A DNA stretch of 64,000 nt, taken from contig CM075992.1 of the NCBI GenBank assembly GCA_038087875.1, positions 3,412,001 to 3,476,000 of the forward strand. The letters are read 5' to 3'. The translations under genes were made by a program, and so were the position numbers. Positions 26,801-36,499 of the stretch are shown in pieces (positions within the stretch are counted from its first letter, which is position 1; each line of letters begins with the position of its first letter). Origin of the DNA: Malacoraja senta. Its lineage: Eukaryota. The notes beneath the pieces are model-generated. The model was not told the origin of the DNA. It saw only the letters and a list, made by a program, of their open reading frames with translations, and did not search any database.

Positions 26801-29800
26801 GGTGAGGGGGGGGGGAAAGGAAGGAAGGGGCGGAGATAGGGGGATGAGGGAGAGCTGGGAAGGGGAGGGGAAGGAGGGAGAAAGCAAGGACTACCTGAAA
26901 TTGGAGAAGTCAATGTTCATACCGCTGGGGTGTAAACTACCCAAGCGAAATATGAGGTGCTTGATATTTAAATATTGAAACGTAAGACTTGAGGTAACTT
27001 GCTCAGTAGACCAGGCCACCCATGTGTTAATTGATTCCAACTTACTTTCCAGTTTCAGTTTGGAGTTCAGGTCGGTTATGTTACTCTGGGTTTTCTGTAG
27101 TTCTTCAAACACTGGGAAACAAAACAGATTGAAACATTGATGGGAGACAAAAATGCTGGAGAAACTCAGCGGGTGAGGCAGCATCTATGGAACGAAGGAA
27201 ATAGGCAACGTTTCGGGTCGAAACCCTTCTTCAGATTGAAACATTAACCAGCAAACCTCCCATCGAACTTGCCCACAGCATGTATCTTCCATCAGGTGTC
27301 TAATGCGGCTCTTCAGCGAATTGTTTAAGAAGGAACTGCAGATGCTAGAAAAATCAAAGGTAGACAAAAATGCTGGAGAAACTCAGCGGGTGAGGCAGCA
27401 TCTATGGAGCGAAGGGATAGGTGACATTTCGGGTCGAGACCCTTCTTAAGACTGATGTCGGGGGGGGGCCGGGAAAAAGAAAGGAAGAGGCGGAGACAGT
27501 AGGCTTGTGGGAGAGCTGGGAAGGGGAGGGGAAGGAGGGAGAAAGCAAGGACTACCTGAAATTGGAGAAGTCAATGTTCATACCGCTGGGGTGTAAACTG
27601 CCCAAGCGAAATATGAGGTGCTTGATATTTAAATATTGAAACGTAAGACTTGAGGTAACTTGCTCAGTAGACCAGGCCACCCATGTGTTAATTGATTCCA
27701 ACTTACTTTCCAGTTTCAGTTTCAGGTCGGTTATGTTACTCTGGGTTTTCTGTTGTTCTTCAGATTCAGATTCAGATTCAACTTTATTGTCATTGTGCAG
27801 TGTACAGTACAGAGACAACGAAATGCAGTTAGCATCTCCCTAGAAGAGCGACATTAATATGAGCAGTAAATAAATAAATCTAATAAATCCTGGTGGGAGG
27901 AGTGTCCGGGGGGGGGGGTGTGATTGGCAGTCACCGAGGTACAGTGTTGAGTAGTGTAACCGCCGCAGGGAAGAAGCTGTTCCTGGACCTGCTGGTCCGG
28001 CAACGGAGAGACCTGTAGCGCCTCCCGGATGGTAGGAGGGTAAACACTGGGAAACCAAACAGATTGAAACATTGAAGGTAGACAAAAATGCTGGAGAAAC
28101 TCAGCGGGTGAGGCAGCATCTATGGAGCGAAGGGAATAGGTGACATTTCGGGTCGAGACCCTTCTTCAGACTGGTCAGGTTAGGTTCAGGTGAAAAAAAA
28201 AGCCTTTCACTGTTCCTCGGTATACATGTCAATAAACTAACTTGTCAATGAACTGAAGTTAACTGAGGAAAGGGATAGGTGACGTTTCGGGTCGAGACCC
28301 TTCTTCAGACTGAGAGTCAGGGGAAAGGGAAAGGAGAGATATAGACAGCCATATAGAGAGATAAATGAATTAAACAAATGAATGAAAGATGTGCAAAAGA
28401 GTAATGATGATAAAGGAGACAGGCCATTGTTAGCTGTGGGCTAGGTGGGAACGAGACAATGAGACTCAACAAGACAACTTTGAAGCTAATACAACAACTT
28501 GGGTGTGGGGAGGACGATTGAGGGGGGATGCAGGGTTACTTGAAGTTAGAGAAATCAATAGTCATACCTCTGGGTTGTAGACTGCCCATTTACCACTTAC
28601 CGATAGTTTTCAGCTTAGACAGTTCACCAGCCATTTGATTTCTCTGGCCCTCTTCGGACACTGAGAAGCAAATATCAGGTTAAAACATTAATGACTGGAG
28701 GTCATGGCTCTTATTTGTAGCCTGTTCATGAATGTGCTGCTACAAAAGGAATCCCACTCACACACAATCCCTGCTACTTAAAACTTTGTTTTCTCTCTTT
28801 CTGACCCGAAACATTACCTTTCCATGTTCACCAGAGATGCTGCCTGACCCACTGAGTTACTCCAGCACTCTGTGAAACGTCACCTATCCATGTTCTCCAG
28901 AGATGCTGCCTGACCCACTGAGTTACTCCAGCACTCTGTGAAACGTCACCTATCCATGTTCTCCAGAGATGCTGCCTGACCCGCTGAGTTACTCCAGCAC
29001 TCTGTGAAACGTCACCTATCCATGTTCTCCAGAGATGCTGCCTGACCCGCTGAGTTACTCCAGCACTCTGTGAAACGTCACCTATCCATGTTCTCCACAG
29101 ATGCTGCCTGACCCGCTGAGCTACTCCAGCACTCTGTGAAACATCATCCATCCATGTTCTCCAGAGATGCTGCCTGACCCACTGAGTTACGCCAGCACTT
29201 TCTATCCCAGAGTTGAAAGCATTAACATTTCTCTCTCCAAAGATGCTGCCTGGCCTGCTGAATTCTGAATTTCAGCATTTGTAAACTTCTTAGACATTTG
29301 TTATCCAATTGTTATCTCCCAAGAAGGTTCACTCCATGGAAAATAATTTATCTGACCCTCGAAGGCATCGATGCGGCAGACAGCCAGAACCTTTTTCCCA
29401 GGGTGGAAATATCAAAGACTAGTGGGCATAGCTTAAAAGTAAGATGGATAAGGTTTAAAGGAGGTGAGCCGGGGCAAGTTTTTTTTGCATGGAGTGGTGG
29501 GTGCCTGGAACACACTGACAAAGGTGGAGACAGATAAGACAGTGGCGTTTAAGTGGGTTTTAGATAGGCACATGGATGTACAGGGAATGGAGGGATATGG
29601 ATCATGTGCTGGCCAAGGAGATTAGTTTAACGGCATCATAAAAACATAGAAACATAGAAAAAGGTGCAGGAGTAGGCCATTCTGCCCTTCGAGCCTGCAC
29701 CGCCATTCAATATGATCATGGCTGATCATTTAATATTAGTACCCCCGTTTCTGCTTTCTCCCCATATCCCTTGATTCCGTTAGCCGTAAGAGCTCTATCG

Positions 29801-32800
29801 AACTCTCTCTTGAAAACATCCAGTCAATTGGCCTCCACTGCCTTCTGTGGCAGAACATTCCACAGATTCACAACTCTCTGGGTGAAATAGTTTTTCTTCA
29901 GAGGGAGTAAAGAGAAGGTTCACCAGACTGATTCCTGGGATGGCAGGACTTTCATATGAAGAAAGACTGGATAGACTTGGCTTGTACTCGTTTGAATTCA
30001 GAAGATTGAGGGGGGATCTTATAGAAACTTACAAAATTCTTAAGGGGTTGGACAGGCTAGATGCAGGAAGATTGTTCCCGATGTTGGGGAAGTCCAGAAC
30101 AAGGGGTCACAGTTTAAGGATAAGGGGAAGTCTTTTAGGACCGAGATGAGAATTTTTTTTTTCACACACAGAGAGTGGTGAATCTGTGGATTTCTCTGCC
30201 ACAGAAAGTAGTTGAGGCCAGTTCATTGGCTATATTTAAGAGGGAGTTAGATGTGGCCCTTGTGGCTAAAGGGATCAGGGGGTATGGAGAGAAGGCAGGT
30301 ACAGGATACTGAGTTGGATGATCAGCCATGATCATATTGAATGGCGGGCAGGCTCGAAGGGCCGAATGGCCTACTCCTGCACCTATTTTCCATGTTTCTA
30401 TGTTTCATCTCAGTCCTAAATGGTCTACCCCTTGTTCTTAAACGGTGACCCCTGGTTCTGGACTCCCCCAACATGGGGAACATCGTGTTTAGCACGGACA
30501 TTGTGGGCTGAAGGGCCTATTACTGTGTATGTTCTAACCCCCGAAGCCTCTGGGTGATTTTAAAGATGAATTTCCACTTGCAGATTTGAATATTACTGCA
30601 ACATACAGCTGGGAGAATTTGTCAGAGGCTTTAGAATTCAGAGATATAGCGTGGAAAGAGGCCCTTCAGCCCACTGAGTCGGTGCTGACCGGCTATCCCC
30701 ATACACTAGCACTATCCTACACACTGGGGACAATTTACCATTTTAGCGAAACCAATTAACTTACAAACCTGTGCGTCTTTGGAGAGTGGGAGGAAACCGG
30801 AGCACCCGGAGAAAACCCACGCAGGTCACGGGGAGAAGGTACAAATTCCGTACAGACAGCACCCATGGTTAGGATCGAACCTGGGTCTCTGGCGCCGTAA
30901 GGCAGCAACTCTACCGCTGCGCCACCGTGCTGTCAGAGGTTTAGGGTAACTCACCATTTCCTTTGAACTGTGAAAGCTGCAGCATCAGCTTGTCCTGAAC
31001 TTCTTTCATTCCGGAATACATCCCTGAAACTGAGGGGGGAGAACGTTAGGCGGGAGCATGTGCAGCACGTCACTGAGGATCGACACAGAAATGCTGGAGT
31101 AACTCAGCGGGCAAGGCAGCATCTCTGGAGAGAAGGAATGGGTGCCGTTTAGGGTCGACACCCTTCTTCAGAAGGTCCTTTACAAGTGCAAAAACCCTCC
31201 GCTGGAAGAATCACTGGGTGATGCGTGTAGCAAGATGAATCAGTCTGAAGAAGGGTCTCGACCCGAGACGTCACCCATTCCTTCTCTCCAGAGATGCTGC
31301 CTGTCCCGCTGAGTTACTCCAGTAGTAAACACTGCCCAGTCCATCATCGGCTCTGACCTCCCTTCCATCGAGGGGATCTATCACAGTCGCTGCCTCAAAA
31401 AGGCTGGCAGTATCATCAAGGACCCACACCATCCTGGCCACACACTCATCTCCCTACTACCTTCAGGTAGAAGGTACAGGAGCCTGAAGACTGCAACGAC
31501 CAGGTTCAGGAATAGCTACTTCCCCACAGCCATCAGGCTATTAAACTTGGCTCGGACAAAACACTGAACTTTATTAGCCAATTAACTGTTATTTGCACTT
31601 GATCAGTATATTGATTCATGTGTGTATATATTTATAGAATGGTATATGGACACACTGATCTGTTTTGTAGTCAATGCCTACTATGTTCTGTTGTGCTGAA
31701 GCAAAGCAAGAATTTCATTGTCCTATCAGGGACACATGACAATAAACTCACTTGAACTTGAACTTTTTGTGTCTATCTGCGGGATGAACCAGCATCTGCT
31801 GTTCCTTCCCACACTTCTTACCTTCCGAACTGAGTTAACACATGTTAGCATTTCATACCTGGGACTTCAATTAAGGATAAATTCCAGCACAGTAGAGTAG
31901 GGCTGGGCACATATATATGCACGGTTGGTTTAAGCATGGAGTCTGAAGAATGGTCTCCAGAGATGCTACCTGACCCGCTGAGTTACTCCAGCTTTTTGTG
32001 TCTATCTTCAGATTAAACCAGCATAGAAACATAGAAACATAGAAAATAGGTGCAGCAGTAGGCTATTCGGCCCTTCCAGCCTGCACCGCCATTCAATATG
32101 ATCATGGCTGATCATCCAACTCAGTATCCTGTACCTGCCTTCTCTCCATACCCCCTGATCCCTTTAGCCACAAGGGCCACATCTAACTCCCTCTTAAATA
32201 TAGCCAATGAACTGGCCTCAACTACCTTCTGTGGCAGAGAATTCCAGAGATTCACCACTCTCTGTGTGAAAAATGTTTTTCTCATCTCGGTTCTAAAAGA
32301 CTTCCCACTTATCCTTAAACTGTGACCCCTTGTTCTGGACTTCCCCATCATCGGGAACAATCTTCCTGCATCTAGCCTGTCCAACCCCTTAAGAATTTTG
32401 TAAGTTTCTATAAGATCCCCCCTCAATCTTCTAAATTCTAGCGAGTACAAGCCGGGTCTATCCAGTCTTTCTTCATATGAAAGTCCTGCCATCCCAGGAA
32501 TCAGTCTGGTGAACCTTCTCTGTACTCCCTCTATGGCAAGAATGTCTTTCTGCAGTTCCTTCCTACACATGGTGGGTTTAAGTCGAAGATAGACACAAAA
32601 AGCTGGAGTAACTCAGCGGGACAGGCAGCATCTCTGGAGAGAAGGAATGGGTGACGTTTCGGGTCGAGACCCCTCTTCAGTGTAGTCTTTACCTTTCACT
32701 GTCACTATGATGAGGCTCAATAAGGCGAAGAAGGTCGAAAGAGCCACGAGACCAAAGATAAGCAGCAACCACGTCCTTTTGCTGATACAATCACCACTTG

Positions 32801-33947
32801 ACCATGCTAAAAACAATAGGAAATTTAGTTTAGTTTAGAGATACAATGTAGGACCCGGATGAGAAAAACATTTTTCACACAGAGAGTGGTGAATCTGTGG
32901 AATTCTCTGCCACAGAAGGTAGTTGAGGCCAGTTCATTGGCTATATTTAATGGCCTACTCCTGCACCTATTTTCTATGTTTCTATGTTTCAATGAAACAA
33001 GCCCATCGGCCCACCGGGCAATGATCGCCGCACACTAACAATATCCTACACACATTGGTGACAAATTACAAATTGACCATATCCAATTAACCTACAAACC
33101 TGTACATCTTTGGAGTGTGGGAGGAGATTACTCCAGCACTTTGTGTCTATCTTTGTTTTAAACCAGCATCTACAGATAGTAGCCTACACATGTGGGTAGT
33201 AGTTCTGCCCTGCTCTCTTGTTGTGGTAGGATGATTCAGTTGCCTGATAACAGCAGGGAAGAAACTGTCTCTGAATCATCTCCAGGGCCACAGGAAAGCT
33301 GCAGTTCTCCATCTCTGAGCAACTCCAGTCCCATAGCAAAGTCATAGAGTCATGATTGAATGGTGGAGTAGACTCGATGGGCCGAATGGCCAACTTCTGC
33401 TCCTCTGGCATAGAGTCATACAGTGTGGAAACATGTCCCATCTACACTAGTCCCACCTGCCAGCACTTGCCCCATATCCCTCTAAACCTGCCCTATCGAT
33501 GTACCTGTCCAAATGTTTCTTAAACATTGGGATAGTCCCTGCCTCAACTACCTCCTCCGGCAGCTCGTTCCATACACCCACCACCCTTTAAGTGAAAAAG
33601 TTACCCCTCAAGTTCTTATTAAATCTTTCCCCGCTCACCTCTGGTTCTCGATTCTCTTACTCTGGGGCAAGATGCTCTGTGCATCTACCAGATCTACTTT
33701 CACCACTGGTCCCTCTGTTCCTGCACATCTTTGAAAACTGGATCATTCTGCCTTCTTTTGCATCTGAATATTCCTCTTTCACTTCGGACACTTCATGGCA
33801 TGAGACTTTACTAAACTGGCCAAGGTTCCCCTTCCTTCTCAATCCCCACATACCTTTATCCTCATCATGCTTCCGTTCAGCTTCTGTTCTCTGCTCTTTC
33901 ACCTCTGAGCAGTCTTTGAAGTATTCGTAGCTGGACGGCTCAGGCAT
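12895..33947 (-). CDS. Gene A: type II transmembrane C-type lectin (CD209/ASGR/CLEC4-like), spliced, ~332 aa
   Basis: Phase-compatible GT-AG exons: 33947-33854, 32806-32693, 31023-30955, 28660-28601, 27111-27046, 25680-25615, 24250-24185, 21113-21048, 20346-20195, 17373-17261, 13027-12895 (999 nt with stop). Two defective neck exons must be skipped. Confidence 0.88.
13807..14414 (+). mobile_element. Rex1/Babar-like LINE 3' fragment inside a SINE (duplicate ~43186-43787; related pieces ~17586-17975 (-), ~31323-31763 (+))
   Basis: QRLYFLRRL..FYRCTVES.LT.CI.AWFG, LLPSGRRYRS, RNSYFP.AIRLLN; (ACTTGA)n tail. The clade name is from recollection. Confidence 0.75.
15482..16006. mobile_element. PIF/Harbinger-type MITE (duplicate 44855-45379)
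   Basis: TIR AGGGGCTGTCCCACTTGGG...CCCAAGTGGGACAGCCCCT; TTA target duplication. Confidence 0.88.
17261..17373 (-). CDS. Gene A CTLD exon 2 (NFIKREATPNRYWIGLSDSETEKVWQWEDGSDYSSTP)
   Basis: WIGL and W.W.DG motifs; 113 nt, phase 0-2; cag and GTAAGT; not in the ORF track. Confidence 0.95.
18814..19120 (+). mobile_element. tRNA-derived SINE (HE1/V-SINE-like), representative of many copies (e.g. 38514-38820 +, 34920-35232 -, 5540-5855 -, 30636-30930 -)
   Basis: A box TGGTGCAGCGG, B box GGTTCGATCC, CR1-like 3' end, (AAACT)n tail. Confidence 0.88.
19290..20035 (+). mobile_element. CR1 LINE 3' fragment (duplicate at ~48662-49407)
   Basis: 164-aa CR1 RT C-terminal ORF; (CTATTGT)n tail. Confidence 0.9.
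20195..20346 (-). CDS. Gene A CTLD exon 1 (NCSWLKCPSDWIGFNGHCYQLTIKSGSWYFAKGQCAAMDSHLVAINSASEQ)
   Basis: CPxxW..F.G.CY...W..A...C....HL..I.S..EQ signature; 152 nt, phase 1-0. Confidence 0.95.
21048..21113 (-). CDS. Gene A last, diverged neck exon (MSEELLKLQGNMTNMISNLKLG)
   Basis: 66 nt, phase 1-1, cag and GTAAGT; exon and upstream intron are homologous to the repeated exons. Confidence 0.85.
21233..21552. mobile_element. PIF/Harbinger-type MITE, second family (duplicate ~50609-50929; truncated copy 42419-42596)
   Basis: ~40-bp TIRs containing CCCTGTCCCAC.GTACGAGTTCATTCCAAGAGCTCTCC; TTA on both flanks. Confidence 0.85.
22883..22962 (-). pseudogene. Gene A repeated neck exon with a 14-nt internal duplication (80 nt, frameshifting)
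   Basis: tttccagtttcagt is present twice in tandem; splice sites intact. Confidence 0.8.
23805..24100 (-). mobile_element. Penelope-like element 3' fragment (GIY-YIG C-terminus plus terminal repeat), representative of many copies
   Basis: Encodes HLIFRLGSLHPSGMNIDFSNFR*, followed by the CTGAAGAAGGGTCTCGACC.GAAAC repeat. Confidence 0.75.
24185..24250 (-). CDS. Gene A repeated neck exon
   Basis: Identical 66-nt exon with the same splice sites. Confidence 0.8.
25615..25680 (-). CDS. Gene A repeated neck exon
   Basis: Identical 66-nt exon with the same splice sites. Confidence 0.8.
27046..27111 (-). CDS. Gene A repeated neck exon ([V/M]FEELQKTQSNITDLNSKLKLE)
   Basis: tttcccag acceptor, GTAAGT donor, 66 nt, phase 1-1. 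Confidence 0.8.
27707..28046 (-). pseudogene. Gene A neck-repeat exon disrupted by a Rex1-like LINE 3' fragment
   Basis: Exon start TGTTT (28046-28042) and remainder (27761-27707, with a 6-nt deletion) are separated by a ~280-bp insert ending in (TGAATC)n. Confidence 0.85.
28601..28660 (-). CDS. Gene A exon 4, neck (VSEEGQRNQMAGELSKLKTI)
   Basis: cttctcag acceptor, GTAAGT donor, 60 nt, phase 1-1; resembles the repeated neck exons. Confidence 0.75.
28822..29200. repeat. 66-bp tandem repeat, ~5.5 copies (duplicate ~56963-57340; inverted shorter array ~39886-40045)
   Basis: Unit ccatgttctccagagatgctgcctgacccgctgagttactccagcactctgtgaaacgtcacctat, derived from the Penelope terminal repeat. Confidence 0.92.
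29643..30480. mobile_element. Nested CR1 fragments: a + copy (~29900-30405) inside a - copy (duplicate at ~57783-58620)
   Basis: The minus-strand CR1 resumes after the plus copy's tail. Confidence 0.8.
30955..31023 (-). CDS. Gene A exon 3, neck (GMYSGMKEVQDKLMLQLSQFKGN)
   Basis: tttcag acceptor, GTGAGT donor, 69 nt, phase 1-1. Confidence 0.8.
32023..32550 (-). mobile_element. CR1 LINE 3' fragment (duplicate at ~60165-60692)
   Basis: CR1 RT C-terminal ORF and tail. Confidence 0.88.
32693..32806 (-). CDS. Gene A exon 2, transmembrane (AWSSGDCISKRTWLLLIFGLVALSTFFALLSLIIVTVK)
   Basis: tttttag acceptor, GTAAAG donor, 114 nt, phase 1-1; hydrophobic helix preceded by KR. Confidence 0.9.
33854..33947 (-). 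CDS. Gene A exon 1, cytoplasmic tail MPEPSSYEYFKDCSEVKEQRTEAERKHDEDK
   Basis: ATG at 33947, YEYF (YxxPhi) motif, phase-1 donor AAAG|GTATGT. Confidence 0.78.
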
Positions 33948-34528
33948 GCCGCTGATTCTTCGTTGGAGAGGGAATATACGACACAAATCTTTCGGACACT
34001 GGAGGAGCCTTGATTTAAGCAATTCCTCTGCCCAATTGAAATATCAGAAAACCACCAACTTGCACCAACTTCTCCATTTCCTCCAATTATGTAACTTAAA
34101 GATGATCATTTGCCGTGAGTTCTGCTGTGCTCAGCACATGCGAGCTTGCGACATAACAGCAAAAAAAACGCACGCCTGTAAAGAATTAAAAAACTTATGG
34201 CCAGTCTATTTTGCTCTAAACATTATTCCCTTAACATGTATCTATACACTGTAAATGGCTCGATTGTAATCACGTATTGCCTTTCCGCTGACTGTTTAAC
34301 CCGGAACAAAAAGATTGTCACTGTACCTCGGTACACGTGACAATAAACTACACTGAAACTCCTTATCAATCTTCCTGAGTTGGACAAAACTTGGCCCTTT
34401 TGTGAAAGAAAGAGTTCTGTTTCCTTTAAGAGTCAAGAGTGTTTTATTTTCATATGTCCCGGACGGGACAATGAAATTCTTACTTGCGGCAGCACAACAG
34501 AATATGTGAATATGTAAACACCTTTATT

Positions 34529-34581
34529 GTGGTGGGAGATTGCAACCTTCACGTGGTCCGCCCTGTTTCGACGAATGCAAT
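34529..34581 (+). ncRNA. Putative HDV-like self-cleaving ribozyme
   Basis: P1 GTGGTGG/CCGCCCT, P2 ATTGCA/TGCAAT, P3 ACC/GGT, L3 TTCACGT, minimal P4 T-TTCG-A, J4/2 CGAA. Confidence 0.65.
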
Positions 34582-34659
34582 CAACCCGGCGTTACAATCA
34601 AATAAGATTAAATAGAACAAGTTGTCCTACAACTTTAGGCTGTGCACACCATACGCAGC

Positions 34660-34745
34660 ATTTATTACCCTTGTAGTATTTCTATTACCCTCGTAGTATT
34701 TTTTATTACCCTTGTAGTATTTTTATTACCCTCGGAGTATTTTCC
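34660..34745. repeat. ~21-bp minisatellite, 4 copies
   Basis: tttattaccct(t/c)gtagtatt units. Confidence 0.8.
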
Positions 34746-35239
34746 ACAGCACTTTAGAAACAACAACACATGGTTGGTGAAAACCAAGACGACTCCAATT
34801 GCTGGAAATCGAAAAGGAAAACAGAAACCGCTGGAAACAATTAATAAGGCTGGGCAGAATCTGTGGATTGAGAAACTGTTAAGACTTCAGTTTGATAGCC
34901 CTTAATTTTGTTTAGTTTGGTATAGTTTAGAGATACAGCGTGGAAACAGGCGCTCCGGCCCACCGGGTCCACGCCGACCGGCGATCCCCGCACACTGACA
35001 CTATCCTACACCCACGAGGGACAAGTTTTACATTTACTAAAGCCACTTAACCGACAAACCTGTGCGTCTTTGGAGTGTGGGACGAAACTGAAGATCTCGT
35101 AGAAAACGCACGCAGGTCACGGGGAGAATGTACAAACTCCGTACAGACAGCACCCGTAGTCAGGATCGAACCCGGGTCTCCGGCGCTGCATTCGCTGTAA
35201 AGCAGCAACTCTACCGCTGCGCCACCGTGCCGCCCCAAT

Positions 35240-35619
35240 GCTCATAGTAAAGGCACAACTTTATTATGCTGGCGGGAGTGGAAGAGTCACTGTCAGTATG
35301 GTCATGTACTTACCAGCTCCTCGCGGCCCCACTCAATTATATTGTGCACAGGGAGTATACCTCTACATGAGTAGCTAATCACACAGCTAACCACATAGTC
35401 ACTTGCACCGGTTCTTATCGTGTCCAGAACAGACTTGTTTTTCTCTATCTGTGGTTCTACTTGGTTTTGTGCCTCCCTCCATCCCTGTTTACCCACAACA
35501 TCCTTTGCAGTTCTGCAGAACCACCTGTTGGTCATTAGCTGGCAATTCTAAGCAAGTAAAGCAGGCTCACTGGGGCAACATGCAATCTGTCATTGTCCAC
35601 ATTAACTCTTAAACTCACA
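35240..35619 (-). mobile_element. Candidate ERV 3' LTR (duplicate ~63382-63761)
   Basis: Downstream of env: purine tract AGAGGAGGA then TG at 35619, AATATAAT at ~35340, AATAAA at 35265-35260; 3' end unclear. Confidence 0.45.
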
Positions 35620-35885
35620 TCCTCCTCTGCATTCCTGGCAGCATCAGTGGAGGGATATAGACCTTGGGTCGGGACCCTACTTCAGTCTGGTGGGGCAGAG
35701 GAGAGATAGGGGGTGATGAGAGGTGAGCAGAAGGGGTGGGGCAAGATTTGATGATGATCAACATGATAAGCTCATTCAGAGTCCCCTTGTGGTACAAAGT
35801 GGTCAGAGACATTGAATAATGAGGATTACAGCGATGATCAGCACGAAGATAGATCCATAATGTAATGTTGATTCCCAAAGTCCAC

Positions 35886-36499
35886 CGGGGCTGTCATATG
35901 CTGAGAGAATGGAGCGGCTGGGCTTGTACACTCTGGAATTTAGAAGGATGAGAGGGGATCTTATTGAAACATATAAGATTATTAAGGGTTTGGACACGCT
36001 TCTTCTTCTTCTCGCGTATGGCGTGCACAGCCTAAAGTTGTAGGACAACTTGTTCTGTTTGATCTTATTTGATTGTGCATGCCAGGTTGATTGCATTGGT
36101 TGAAACAGGGCAGACCAAGTGAAGGTTGCGATCTCCCACCCCGTTTGGACATGCTAGAAGCAGGAAACATGTTCCCAATGTTGGGGGAGTATAGAACCAG
36201 GGGCCACAGTTTAAGAATAAGCAGTAAGCCATTGAGAAGGGAGATAAGGAAAAACTTTTTCACACAGAGAGTTGTGAGTGTGTGGAATTCTCTGCCTCAG
36301 AGGGTGGTGGAGGCTGGTTCTCTGGATGCTTTCAAGAGAGAGTTAGATAGAGCTTTTAGGGATAGTGGAGTCAGGGGATATGGAGAGAAGGCAGGAACGG
36401 GGTACTGATTGGGGATGATCAGCCATGATCAAATTGAATGGCGGTGCCGAATGGCCTATTCCTGCACCTATTGTCTGTTGTCTATTGACTATTGTCTAC
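35886..36499 (+). mobile_element. CR1 fragment splitting the ERV env, itself interrupted by a 142-bp retroposon
   Basis: CR1 RT C-terminus; env reading continues on both sides. Confidence 0.85.
36001..36142 (-). mobile_element. 142-bp non-autonomous retroposon with a 5' HDV-like ribozyme fold (other copies 34529-~34657 +, 62671-~62799 +, truncated ~40757-40836 -)
   Basis: 13-bp TSD gtttggacaYgct (35988-36000 and 36143-36155); (GAA)n tail. Confidence 0.8.

Larger units (their letters stand above)
21985..28310. repeat. Tandem array of ~1.3-1.43 kb units, each carrying one neck exon (copy A)
   Basis: Exon 3' ends at 22883, 24185, 25615, 27046, 27707; units also carry a SINE and Penelope pieces. 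Confidence 0.93.

Noticed and set aside
28822..29200. CRISPR-like array or repeat-protein ORF
   Set aside because: Head-to-tail 66-bp units with no unique spacers; eukaryotic and Penelope-derived; matching the neck exon length is coincidental
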